Shown here in pieces: positions 13,020 through 25,224 of a stretch of DNA of 64,000 bases. The DNA comes from Tubiluchus corallicola. Taxonomy: Eukaryota > Animalia > Priapulida. Location of the stretch: contig JAQGDQ010000782.1 in assembly GCA_030141605.1 (NCBI GenBank), positions 32,099 through 96,098 on the forward strand, given 5' to 3'. The notes beneath the pieces are model-generated. The model did not search any database. It had not been told where the DNA came from and worked only from the letters and a program-made list of their open reading frames with translations. Position 1 is the first letter of the stretch, and the number at the start of each line of letters is the position of its first letter. A program made the position numbers and the translations under genes.

Positions 13020-14191
13020 TATATAAACAACACTGTTGGTAACATAGTCATATAAGTAATATACTCATTGCTGTTGAAAGTTTCCAGCAAAAAAGAAAAA
13101 CCTTTCTTGAGAAGTTGTGCACAAGTATAATGAGTTAACTCTTTTTATCACCCAGTAATTTATTTTACTTTAGACTTGAAAAGTTAGGCACAACAAAGTT
13201 TAGCTCTAATCAGTTGGCGTGGGTCACGTGATTGTCTACGGCAGAAGTAAATCAACATGTAAATTAAAGCTACAGCACCTTGCTGTATTTTGTTAGCTCA
13301 GTGATTCCTCACGGTTAAACAGTTTGAATAGGCCAAGACTTATACCGGGTAAAGTGTAAACGCAAGTGGATGAGAACTATTTCTTTCACTGACTAAAAAG
13401 GAGTTGCTGTTTTTGAATTAAGACCTAAATTTTGTCCCCTTAATGACGAAAAAACCGTTGAAGAAACTGACGTTTTTCCGACCAAGGTCTGAAAAGCCTA
13501 AAATCAAGGAAAATAAATCCTCTTGGGACGTTTTACAACGCTAGACCCAGAACTACTAGCTGTTTCTTGTGCTTCTTGTTCTGTTCGCCAAGATACCCCT
13601 TAACTAAACTAATCTCTAAGCACTGCAGCATTGATATCATAATAGTGTAAAACCATCGAAGAATTGCTTACGAAACTGACGTTTTTCCGACCAAGGTCTG
13701 AAAAGCCTAAAATCGAGGAAAATATAAGCCCCGAGTCCTCTCCCAGACCACCTAGCTGTTTCGTTCAGTTCGCCATGAGACCCCTTACATAAATAAATAC
13801 ATATTAATCACTGGACTTGACTATGAACGGCAGTTGGGAGTATTGGCTGACGAATGTAGAATTAAATAAAAAAATTAGTATAACTAACAAATACGTACCT
13901 TAGATCTACCTTTGACTGTACACAATAAGTATTTCTAATATCTGTATATGTAACTAATAGTACTCGTGTTCTAACATCGCTGATATTTTTCATTGTAGAG
14001 CGAAGCCACTCACAAAGCAAGTATATTGAAGCCAGCTCAGGTGAATCAAATTACTAACTCTTCTTGTGCTTCTTGTTCTGTTCGCCAAGAGACACCTTAC
14101 CTAAAATAATCTCTAAGCACTGCAGCATTGATATCATAATAGTGTAAGTGCTAAGTAATATCATTTGTAACATGACAATACAATATACTAC

Positions 14192-14267
14192 CTGCCATCT
14201 TCATCTGGTATTTTCATTCCATTATCATTTGGTGTAGTGCCATCTTTACCAACCCAGAAATAAGCAT
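14192..14267 (-). CDS. Skeletor-like exon 3 (DAYFWVGKDGTTPNDNGMKIPDEDG)
   Basis: ttctag acceptor, GTAGTA donor, 76 nt, phase 1-2. Completes the DM13 GPDAYFWVG motif. Confidence 0.92.
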
Positions 14268-14649
14268 CTAGAATAATGTTTACGTTTGAACCTTGTTATA
14301 ACATACGCTCATAGAGTTTTCTAAGATTGAAACAGCCGAACTTAAGCAGCACTGAGGCTGCTCAGTAAATGGATGAGTGATCGCTGGGTTCAATTCATGC
14401 ACTGGTTTTTATTCACTATTCTGCGACGTACCGATTCTGACCGTTTACCCCGCTGATGAAGGATGTGTACTTAGTCACATCTCAACAAGGCTAGGAACAG
14501 CTGCTGGTCCAGTGCCTCATCATCTCGCCTCAGAAGATTATCCTTGATAATTATTAGATTCCGGTCCTGTCAATGTCGACTCAACCACCAACGTCAAGAA
14601 CACCCTTCTACTGAGTACAGAACAATACAAAACAGCAGATAAGTACAAT

Positions 14650-15139
14650 CAGTGGCGGCTCGTAGCTAAAATTACTGGGGGTGCTGCATCAGAAAATGTT
14701 TAGCCATTGTTTTAATACTGTGTAAAACGAAACAACGATGTGTAATTTTAATGTTGTAATTTTAAACAAACAAACATTCGGAAATTTACAAATAAACTTC
14801 ATAAAATCCTAAACAAACATATTTTTTGCTTACTAATAGCCTAAATTGTCGCAATTCAAGCTTGATCCATTCACGGTAAGCACGTGACAACTGACAACAA
14901 ACTGTGTGAGGGACAGTACTTTTTCTACCTGGGCTCAGGCATGGCACAGCAGGATGTGCATGGGCACAACAGCCAAACACACCGCTGTGCTGGGCTGTGA
15001 AGCAAACAGTACTTCCCTCACGGGCTCTGGTTCTGTACAAATATAAAGAAAGCACTAATTATATTGAATATTATCGATAATATTGAGTGAAAATAGGGGG
15101 TGCTGCAGTTCCACAGTACCTATAAACGAGCCGCCACTG
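14650..15139 (+). mobile_element. hAT-type MITE (family B)
   Basis: TIR CAGTGGCGGCTCGT and 8-bp TSD AGTACAAT/AGTACAAC. Other copies at 11960-12382 (+), 53318-about 54020 (-) and 55209-about 55720 (+). Confidence 0.85.
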
Positions 15140-15381
15140 AGTACAACGCTTGCATTTTGGTAAACTCCTCTTTCAAAAGTTCAATGTTACAAAGAGGAGG
15201 CGGCAATTATTTTGCTCCTTCCTTTAATCAACTTTTCAGTAAACAAAGTAATTTAGGATAAAATTACTGTGCAGTACGTCAATCAGTTTTGACAAAACAG
15301 ATAATTTATTCAAAATGTGTGGCTTCTTCGTGTTAACAGTTAATGACTTCAAGATGAAGCCAATTAGAATTGGCATCTTAA

Positions 15382-15904
15382 AGGAAAACAGAACACCTTT
15401 TTAAACCAGTCAACGTTTACGAGTGAAATACTGAAATAGGAAATATCATTTTTAACAATTATTATCCCAGAAAAGCGTAATTTTTATTCGCTGCTGCACT
15501 TATTTTGCCATTACTAAGTTAAATAAACGAAAACGCCTGAATCCCGGAAACACGTTTCACAAGAATGAACGCCGTTCAGTTGTGACGTGGCACGTTAAAT
15601 CAAAGTTAAACTTTGAATTGAAATTTCTTTTAACTTAAAATTTACGAAGTTGTTATGAATCATTGCCGATGTATCTGTACAACGTTTTAACTTAGCCTTT
15701 GTAAATACGCACAACAGCTCGCAAATTGCTACTGCTCTTAAGAAAGTATGTTCGTTTGTGACGTCATCGCTAACTGTGCTCGTTAATTACGTTTCTAAGC
15801 TAATATTACCATAAACGTTATGACGTTATTATAGGCGTTAAAATGTACAATTTAACCATTGTTCAAAAGGGGAAAAGATCTAAAAATAGTGGTTCTCTTT
15901 TCCT
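15382..15904. mobile_element. TTAA-flanked MITE (Kolobok-like)
   Basis: TTAA|AGGAAAACAGAAC ... GTTCTCTTTTCCT|TTAA. Confidence 0.75.
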
Positions 15905-16825
15905 TTAATATATAACACATGCTCAATGGTTTATCACGAAATTTTACCTTATCGTAAACTTAGTTATACGATTTTGTCTTAAGATCATTAAAACTCGCTA
16001 CAAAAAACATTTAGTCAACTCGGCAATAATCATAGTAATCAATGTTGATTGTAGAATTAATGTTAACTAGCAAAGGCCCCGCAAAAAAATTTGCGTATAA
16101 ATACACTTATCATCAAAAATGCGCGAACATTCTACCTAGTGTTTGTCTGTTTATCTAACGCAAAGCCAGCAGCAGCAGCTTTTACTGAATTAAAGCTATA
16201 AGGTTATAGGCAGAGTATACAGTGTGTTATTTTTTATATATTTTAATTCAAGGTTTCCACATTCCAACCCTTTTTTTATATATCAGTATATATATATATA
16301 TATATATATACTATTGTGATCAATAATCAGTATAATGTGTAGTTACAGTGCTCGAACCCATCCCCTAGCTGTAGGGTCTCCCTGCTCTTGCCTGACCCAG
16401 CCCCGCTACAATATATGAGGGCCCAGAGATACGATAATTTTAAGCGATAATTGTGATAGTAGGAGTATATCCCTTTGCCTCCCCCCCCTTATTGGAGAAG
16501 TTGCAGCGGGTGTTCTTGAGTATGGAGCTATAGAAAACAGCTAATGGGTTGAAAAGATCTTGACTTTATTATATACTAATATTTGTTTAACAGTTTACTT
16601 TAAAGTTTGCTAAGAAAAATCTGAATTTCAAGTACAATTTCACGTATTTGTTTTGTAAGATGACAGGCTTGATATATGTATTTATATATGCGCATATGTA
16701 TAGTTCAAATGTCTAACATATGAAGTTCAGATAGCTGATATAGTGTATATAACAGAGGTCTGCAATATAAGACCTGTTCGAAAGACTTACGTAATTGAAA
16801 AAGACAAACTCTTGATAATTTAAAG

Positions 16826-17330
16826 CAGGGGTGTGCAAATTATCTGACTAGCCGGGCCACATTAAACTTTCCCGCAATTCCTGCAGGCCACAGGCAGTTT
16901 GATCAAGGAGCCAAGTACAGAAAGGCCTAATAACGATTTTTTTTGCATCCGACCTGCGTACATCATTACTACTACACTCAAAGAATTATTTTAGAAGTTA
17001 TTAAAATTTATATTACAAACCATATATTTCTACTTTCAGGACAGATAGTGGTAATTTCATTACAATGCATATTAGTAATGTGTATCACACAGTCTGTGTA
17101 GTACAGTGACATTAAGCTACAACCGTCTTGTAAGGGTTAATGGCATCCGATCTAGTAGAAAAAACTACCCGCACTATCTTTGGGATCGTGGCACGGACTT
17201 CAGCTGGATACACTCAATACACTCAATTAATTCCCCGTACTTTCATTGGGTTGACAAATCTCTTCGCGGTCCACACAAATTCTCTCGGCGGGTCGCAAGT
17301 GGCCCGCGGGCCGCAATTTGCACACCCCTG
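16826..17330. mobile_element. hAT (Charlie-like) MITE
   Basis: TIR CAGGGGTGTGCAAAT / ATTTGCACACCCCTG with GGGCCAC/GTGGCCC subterminal motifs. No TSD recognisable. Confidence 0.72.
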
Positions 17331-17584
17331 GTATATAATGTAAAATTAGTTAAATTGTTTAATATAAGTCTGTGTTCTTTTCAAAATGAATATTTTATTT
17401 TTAGGTTGCGAATCTATGCTGTCAAATTCGTTGAAATGCTAGTCTTTGTTAACACAAGGGTTGCCCTGCTGAGCTCTCATTGTTTTATTAAATCATTTAT
17501 ATTGTAAATTGATCTGTCTAAAATCTTAACTGAAAGTATTCATTTTGTTTGTTGATTAGAATAATGCAAAAATTGAGGTCAATT

Positions 17585-17993
17585 CAGGGGCGGAACTAGG
17601 GGGGCGCCCCCTGCAAAATCGGACAAATAATTTTTTTGCAGTGAAAATTGCAGTTCGCGTGTAATCATTTTCAATATGATCAGAATTAGGTAAAAAAATG
17701 TTTGGTAGCTTCAGTGTATTATTTTCTTAAAACTTGAGTGAAATAAATTTCTGTAAATAACAATTTAGTTAGAGGCACATTAATAACGTTAGGTTAACTG
17801 AGAGTTAATTTTCTCATTATTGCTCTGTCCGCTACGCCGTCCTACACACATGCTAATTATAGGCCTGCATGCAGTATAAAAGGGGTTAAAAATTGGCTTA
17901 ACCATTATTTAACCACTTCGGATACCTCGCCCCTCCCCCAGAAAATTTTTGCGCCCCCCCCCCCCCCGCTTGGCACATCTAGTTCCGGCCCTG
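17585..17993. mobile_element. hAT-like MITE
   Basis: CAGGGGCGGAACTAG ... CTAGTTCCGGCCCTG, with flanks GGTCAATT / GGTCCAATT. Confidence 0.7.
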
Positions 17994-18469
17994 GGTCCAA
18001 TTCTAAACATTTGTTACATGTAGCACAATTTTGGAACAGTTGACCACATGGCGTGATTCTTTTCTGCAGGATTCTGAAATCCCAAAAACATTACTTGGGG
18101 ATATAAGCCTGGATCAGGTTATCAAGGATCACCCGATCTTGAAAATACGGAAGTTAGAAGAAGAAGAAGAAGGAAAGAACGCTTTCAACTTACTCATAGG
18201 TTTCATGGCACATCCTGCAACGTTCATGTAATCATTGTCAAGAAAAATGTAAAATTTCTGTTGATATCATTTGGGCAAATATTATGTATTACAGTTTGAT
18301 GGTGACATTAGTTAAATCCATCTTAGTTGTATTGTATGGTGGAGAATTAAACATTAAATTATGAACAGGTTTTAAGTAGTTCTAAGCTTGTAATAATCAT
18401 ACTATGTAATTACAGTACTTAAAAAATAATAGCAAATAGAAATATACTTACAGGTAAAATAATGGTAAT

Positions 18470-18838
18470 TGTGGAAGTTGTAATTGTACATTTTAATTAG
18501 GTGCTGCCATCTATGAACTAAATCCTATTACATTCTTACATTCTACCAGCTACTTACCCCCAGTATAATTGTATGGTCCAGTGAATGCATATTCACTGGA
18601 TCTCTCCCTATTATAAAGTAATGGTTTTTGTGAAGCCTGTCTGCATAAGTCACCTATACCTATATGAATTGACTGGTTTTACTTTCTAGACACTCTCACT
18701 CTCAGTGTTCAGTGCAGCAGTCATTCTACTCATGTGTCTGTAGTCTTAATAAACACTTTTCTGTGCAAATATGTAGTATAGTTTTTTATTCTTGTTATAC
18801 AAAGTAAGCGATCTACAACTTTAAACATGACTTTCACA
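18470..18838 (+). mobile_element. Solo LTR
   Basis: TGTGGAAG...CTTTCACA termini, internal AATAAA, and a perfect 5-bp TSD GTAAT (18465-18469 and 18839-18843). Confidence 0.85.
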
Positions 18839-19188
18839 GTAATGAAGCCAAAGCATTGCACTCCAGTGTTAATGGGTGATTAGAATGATGCTTTTGCAAT
18901 AAAGTTTCAATTTGAATAAGTGAATTTACAATTCTGACGTGAAACAGCATAAATAATTTCAAAGTGTAATAAACAAACGAATCATTTTAATTAAAACTTA
19001 CAACACTGAAATAGAATCACTGAGGTTCTAGTAATGGAAAAATTTTGTTTGCAATTGTAACGGACATGTATTTACACATAAAAAAGTCTTGATATATACT
19101 TTTATCACCTAACTGTTCTGTCAATTGTCTAAATTCAATGTTACAAATTCATACAACTGAGCTACTATGCTCAAACCCAGCATGTAAG

Positions 19189-19588
19189 CAGGACGTATTT
19201 CAGCGTAAGCGAGTCTCGGGGAAGTGGGGCGTGTGAGCCCCCCTCGGAAGGGCGGAAGCGCCTGGGGGCGGGCGCCGCCTTGGTTGGCGCCCAAAAATTT
19301 TTTGAACTGCTAAAACGCTGGAGAAGCATTTTCGAAAAGAAAATATGAAGTTACACAATTGTTAAAGGAAAGAACAATTGAAAGAAAAACTGCTTTATTC
19401 TCAAGACCAGTTCTTAATACTTGTCAATACTGACAAACAGCGTGCGTGTGGAGAGAGAGAAGGAGGGAGAGAGAGGAGGCAGTATGTTCGCATAAAGCAA
19501 AAAAAATGTTACCTTGGCGCGAGGCCCCCCTGGTGGGTGAGGCCCCGGGGAAGTATCCCCACTACCCCCCCCCCCCCCCTGAAATAGG
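19189..19588. mobile_element. hAT-like MITE
   Basis: CAGGACGTATTTCAG ... CTGAAATAGG, with 8-bp TSD CATGTAAG/CATGTAAA. Confidence 0.65.
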
Positions 19589-20074
19589 CATGTAAATCAA
19601 AAACATTCTGCAATGTGAATCCAGAATATTCTGCTTGTGTATAACAATCTAATTACAGCAGATTTCGTGCTGATTGTTGCATCACTTTGACCTACACAAA
19701 TATAAAGCATAACGTAATATTCATGCAAGAAGAAAAGGGAGGAAAATATTAATGGAGGATTTCGTGAAATCTGAATAGGGCTAATAATGGCGTTCCGAAA
19801 TTCAAACTTTTTGATGAATAATTCTAAGACAAAATCATATAATAAAACACTATTTATTTACCAGCTTTTTCTGTAGCATACATGCTTTCTGTAGTTATTT
19901 ATTAAACAATTGATTAAACTTTCAAAACTCTTATAATGGTGATATAAACACACTACCTAAATGAGTTTAGTTTGACTTGATAAACAATGCATTTACATTT
20001 ACAATACATTACATATATGTATTTACCTCTTTTTACCCAGTAATCTATTTACAAATCAGTTTGTCTTTTCAAAG

Positions 20075-20443
20075 CATCTGAGAGGTCCTCAGCATCTTTG
20101 CAAATTAATCTCTCATCGGAGCTACTGTGCTTATTAATTTATTAAAAACATCTGAGAGGTTCTGTGCATCTTTGCAAATTAATCTCTCATCAGAGCTACT
20201 GTGTTTATTAATTTATTAAAAACATCTGAGAGGTTCTGTGCATCTTTGCAAATTAATCTCTCATCAGAGCTACTGTGCTTATTAATTTATTAAAAACATC
20301 TGAGAGGTCCTCAGCATCTTTGCAAATTAATCTCTCATCAGAGCTACTGTGCTTATTAATTTATTAAAAACATCTGAGAGGTCCTCAGAATCTTTGCAAA
20401 TTAATCTCTCATCAAAACTACTGTGCCTATTAATTTATTAAAT
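20075..20443. repeat. Tandem repeat, 5 x 74 bp
   Basis: CATCTGAGAGG recurs at 20075, 20149, 20223, 20297 and 20371. Confidence 0.92.
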
Positions 20444-20740
20444 AAAATTATTAACCAGGAAAGTGAAACTAAGAGAATTATAAGTTAAAATAAGGATTGT
20501 TTATTTTTTAATGAAGTGACAGTTTTTTATTGCACTCTGCCTAGGCCCTAGATTCCACCTGCATAATTTTGAACTACAGTTTTAGCATAAATTCAAAAAA
20601 TCTCTTACTTTGCTGATGCTTGTATATAGGATGTGTTAAAATGCATTAAAACTGCACTTTAGTTCCTGCAGTTCACTTTCATTTCATTTTTTACGTCATT
20701 GCTGATACTCGTTAGAGTTTTCAACATTTGTTAGCAACAC

Positions 20741-21223
20741 TCATTTGTTTAGACGAAGTATAAGATGCACCTTGATGGTAATTTGATCCGTTTCAATAAA
20801 CCCTCCAGCTGGGTCTATAAGTACTGCATGGTCAGCAATAGTGTCACACCACTGGTAAGAATCTGTTTCTCTATTGCACTCTATTCTAATGTTGCCTTTC
20901 TCACACTCATTCACAACTTCGATCCAGCTTCCATTGCAAATAAGAGCATTTAGCTTTCCAGAGTAAATGCTGGCTAGAACACAGCAACCTGAATTCCATT
21001 TGCCTTTAGAGCACTCGAATTCTTCCTGACATCGCTTTAGTTTCAAGTTCCAACCTTTTGTAGATTTGTCACCTTTGCTTGGCAAGAGGTCTCGCCCTTC
21101 ATACACATTTCTAAAGTTGCCGCTTTCATCATGAAGGCTGGTGTGGTCTTTTAGGTTAACAGACACCTTGTACACTGCCACGCCTATTTCTTTCAGTGAT
21201 ACCTTTCCTCCTTTCTTTGCCAT
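20741..21223 (-). CDS. Intronless ORF, divergent MATH/TRAF-like domain protein (160 aa from ATG 21223, frame open to 21364), nested in intron 2 of the Skeletor-like gene
   Basis: Non-repetitive 207-codon open frame in an AT-rich intron. The C-terminus LIDPAGGFIETDQITIKVHL matches the MATH-domain LxDPxxGFIxxDxIxIxV end motif, and a GWNLKL strand motif is also present. Confidence 0.55.
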   Translation of the reverse strand: MAKKGGKVSLKEIGVAVYKVSVNLKDHTSLHDESGNFRNVYEGRDLLPSKGDKSTKGWNLKLKRCQEEFECSKGKWNSGCCVLASIYSGKLNALICNGSWIEVVNECEKGNIRIECNRETDSYQWCDTIADHAVLIDPAGGFIETDQITIKVHLILRLNK

Positions 21224-21592
21224 ATTAATGTATTTTAATATTCTAAGCCAATAAAATGAGTTGGTTATAACACGCGGATCTTTGTAGACATAGTAATTAA
21301 GAATTATTGCATAGCAAATTATTGAACTTTGGCAAGCGAATAATAGGTTATGTTCAAAGGTCATACTTTTAATAGTAGCACTTGGCTGTGTAAATAATAA
21401 TTTTATGTTTGTTTCATGACCGCCTATGTAGGAAACTAAAATGGTTTATGGTTCACTCTTTACGTACTTTATGCTTTAGGCCAGATGAATTATTAGTTAA
21501 TCACAAATTAGATATGTAAATCAGCCAACCCACTTATTTTTTTAAGTGTTTTATGTCAGTATAATTATTGCACTGAATAAATACATTAATAT

Positions 21593-22069
21593 CTTCTTCT
21601 CCTTCCCAGCTTTTCCCTATGCGGGGTCGCCGTTGTGAATGAGTCTTCTCCACGCATTCCTGTTGTTGACCATCTCTTCATTTATGTCTTCCCTTCCCAC
21701 ATGATCTTCACCGACTCTTCTTTTCAGGTGTCCATATCATCGCAATCTTGCGAGGCTTCCACTACTTTTACTGTTCCTCTGATATTATTATTTCTAATTT
21801 TATCTCTTCTTGTTATTCCCACCATCCATCTCAACATCCTCATCTCCACCACACCCATTTTCTTCTCTTCGGTCTTCTTTAGAGAAGCTGCTTCCAGCCC
21901 ATAGAGCGGGTCTGACTTTCCCTTTAAGTCTCACCGACTCATTCATAGACGGTTTTGGCGTAGTTTTTACAGGCGGATGCCCTTCCTGACCCTAACCCCC
22001 TCCCTATTTATCCGGGCTTGGGACCGGCACTGAGTTGGGCTGGTTTCCCCCCCCCCCCAGTGGGTAGGT
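21593..22069 (-). mobile_element. Internally deleted (bipartite) RTE-type non-LTR element
   Basis: 19-bp TSD TGAATAAATACATTAATAT (21574-21592 and 22070-22088). RTE 5'-UTR-like motif GTCAGGAAGGGCATCCGCCTGTAAAAA, degraded ORF 3' end and a (GAA)-type tail. Confidence 0.78.
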
Positions 22070-22515
22070 TGAATAAATACATTAATATATGGGGACAAAA
22101 AGATCTATCTAGCTCTGAGACTAAAATGGGAAGTTTTTTATCTTCACAAGATTGTGTATTGTCATTTGTTTTGTTAAAAAAGAAATTTCAGAGGAATTTT
22201 TATACGAATCATCACACTGCTAGGCAGAATCTAGCTTTCAATGACACGGGCTGCTTGACGAAGCCTGGCTCATTAGCATGGATATGATGAAACTGCCCAA
22301 AGAGCATATGAAATCCAAGTAGTCAGGACGCAAGGGAGCACGTGACCACTTGGTTATGAATCACAACAAGAGACTTAATCATTACGTTATTATAGTTCAC
22401 CAGGTTTTCTGTGCCAGTAACAGACTGAGCAAAAATGTGTTCATAGCGTATATCTCAAGAGGCCAGAAAATGAAGAAAAGCAGGGGTGTAGCAGGGGGGA
22501 TCAAGGTTGCTCAGA

Positions 22516-22950
22516 TGTGGAAGTTGGAATCGTACATTATAATTAGGTGCTGCCATCTATGGGCTAATCCTGTTACATTCTACCAGTCGACTTACTCCAG
22601 TATAATTGTATGGTCCAGTGAATGCATATTCACTGGCTCTCTCCCTATTTTAAAGTAATTGTTGTTGTGAAGCCTTTGCAAGTCTGCATAGGTCACATAT
22701 ACCTATATATACTGACTGGTTTTGGTTTCTAGTCACTCTAACTCTCAGTGTTCATTGCAGGACTCTCTCACTCTCAGTGTTCAGTGCAGCAGTCATGCTA
22801 CTCATGTGTCTGTAGTTTAATAAACACTTTTCTGTTGTGTGCAGTGTATGTGTATGTATTATAGATTTTTTTTATTCTTGTTCATACTTCTGTGCCTAAA
22901 CTCAATCATAACAAAGTGAGTGATCTACAACTTAAAACATGACTTTCACA
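22516..22950 (+). mobile_element. Solo LTR of the same family as 18470-18838
   Basis: Same TG...CA termini and body. Flanked by its own CTCAG repeat (22510-22514 and 22951-22955, offset by one base on the left). Confidence 0.82.
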
Positions 22951-23149
22951 CTCAGGTGGCGAATCCTTAGTTATGTTGTTATATGTCCAATTTGTTTGAT
23001 TTACAGTACTATAATGTTAGTACAGATCTTTTTGCCTGCAAAAAGAGGCTAATAAAGACTCATCATCATCATCATCATTTAACTAAGTTTTTTCGTGTCC
23101 TTTAAGTGATAAAGATAAAATAATGGAAACATGCTTTATTATCATATAC

Positions 23150-23284
23150 CTGGACCGAGACCATCGTAGGTAAAAGACTTGACGAACAATGCGCTGTCAC
23201 TCATGACGTAAACATCCCCGCTGACTTGGTGTGCGCTAGTGGGTGGAAAACTCCCCAATAACTTGCCATAATACTCATCTTGTA
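23150..23284 (-). CDS. Skeletor-like exon 2, first DM13 N-part (QDEYYGKLLGSFPPTSAHQVSGDVYVMSDSALFVKSFTYDGLGP)
   Basis: ttttctgcag acceptor, GTATAT donor, 135 nt, phase 1-1, DM13 motif. Confidence 0.92.
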
Positions 23285-24352
23285 CTGCAGAAAAATAACA
23301 AAAAAAGGTTTTTCAATAGCGCGTCCAAATAAGTAATTGTCTCTGCTTAACTAAGCCGTGCCTTAGGTGACAGAATTATTACCACACAAACACGATTTCA
23401 CGTTCGCATCACTAGTTCCTCCCTGTTACACGCATTTCACCATTTGCATGCATTTCGGAAACGCATTGCACAAAAACAGGTGCCGTACCTCTCAGTTCAG
23501 ATGTGTTAGGTTGTGAGTTCATACAGTTCAGATTTGTTAGTTTGACAGTAAACCCTCGCTTAGATAAAATGGGGCAGTACATGAAAAATCATCCTGTCTT
23601 GGTTTAAGAGGCAATGTATGTTAAATTGTATTGAACGATGAAATGTTTTGTGGAGATTCTAAACACTCTGGCCACATCTTTTAACTTTCTATTCTTTTTA
23701 TTGTATCTTTCCTGAAATGTAACTGTTAGTGTCAAGCAATTTAATCTAGCATTCTATAACTGTTTGTTTTTTTCGTATTTTTACAAACATGCATTTCCGG
23801 AAACTGTTTAAAACGAACCCAGCATTAGTCATGTGACCTAAGCTTTAGTAGTATACACCACCTATCAATCATACTTGTTCTTACACGTAGTTAGATTTTC
23901 TGTTGCCGCTATGCTGATCATGCCGTTTCGTATACTTGCATTGCTTTGTCTATTTTGTTACAATTTAACAGTCACTAGTTGTATTTTCAAGCCAAACTTG
24001 TCACCAGTAAATATAAGTCACCATCTACTTTAATAATTAGTTAATAGTTTAAATTGGTTAGAATTGCTTCAAATCTCTAGAATCATGAAGTAATAATTTG
24101 TCTTTCAGTCTTCTTAAATCTAACTTTTCATTTTGTCAAAAAAGGTAATAACCTTTAGCACGTTCTTAAGCACTTTATGTGATCTGCTATTTTAATAAAT
24201 TGCAGGTCTATCGCGCCGTTCAATACTGATTTTTGCCGTTTCTTTGCCTGGACCGTGCGCATCCACAGTAACCGTGTTGCACAGCAGAGATTTGTTTGTT
24301 ACTAAAAACGTTGTTTAAACAAAGAACAGAAACAAAGATTCATGTAACGTAC

Positions 24353-24398
24353 CTGATAAACTCACAGATATAAGTAATAAAACAACTAAACACAACAT
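24353..24398 (-). CDS. Skeletor-like exon 1: start codon and signal peptide MLCLVVLLLISVSLS
   Basis: ATG, a hydrophobic stretch, then donor G|GTACGT. The 46-nt exon ends in phase 1, matching exon 2. Confidence 0.75.
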
Positions 24399-24769
24399 TG
24401 TCAATATCACCGTCACAGTTTACAGTTGCAATACGAAGCTGCCAATTGACGGCAAATCTTTGTTTCCGGTTAAATTTCCTGCGTTGTTTCCTGCTCGGAT
24501 CTAAATTTACGCTACAAGTTACTCAGAACCTGCTGTTCCGTACACAGGAGCTGACCAAGCCCATTTTTTGCACGAATTTGAGTTTTTTAGCTGTAAGAAA
24601 TATCTCAAAACTTCAGTGGTTTGCCCAGAGACGTTCTGTCTTTAATATTCGAACATTCTCACTTATTTAATTGTCTTTTGTTTCCAAGAAACGTTACCCA
24701 GCATTCCGTTGTACAGTGTTGACATTGTTGAGACAATAAGTTCAAATTTCCTTATTGTTCTTTCTTTTC

Positions 24770-25130
24770 TTCATTCCACCTGTTGTAAGCATTGAGGCAT
24801 CAACATTTATTAGAGAATTCCACCCACTTCTACCTGCAGCTAACAGCATAAGTTCTTCCACTCCTAATGATAGATTTCGTTGAAGTTGTTGAACATCCTT
24901 ATTTACCTTAGCTATCCAAGTTGTTTTTGGTTTGCCAGGTGGTTTTTTTGAAAGATTTTAAGGCTTCCTTTAAGGCGATTCTTACTGGTGCTTTATTTGG
25001 TAATCTTTGAAGATGTCCTAGCCATCTTAATCTTCGGATCTTGACTTTTGAACTTCATTAAGTTTTTTTAGTTCTAGTGTATAAATCTTCATTTTTAATT
25101 ATGTATAGCCATCTCATGTTTAAACAAGCT
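24770..25130 (-). mobile_element. Degraded RTE-clade LINE remnant
   Basis: MRWLYIIKNEDLY..KIRRLRWLGHLQRLP..PVRIAL..PGKPKTTW. Confidence 0.7.
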
Positions 25131-25224
25131 TTATTATTGTCACGTTTGGGTTGCTGATTTGTTTTTTTATGTTTTAAGTTTACACAACAAAAATTTTGAT
25201 TGCTACACACACAGTTATTGAATC

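Noticed and set aside
18470-22950. One full LTR retrotransposon carrying the MATH-like ORF
   Set aside because: The outer flanks differ (GTAAT vs CTCAG), each LTR has its own TSD, and I see no PBS, gag or pol.
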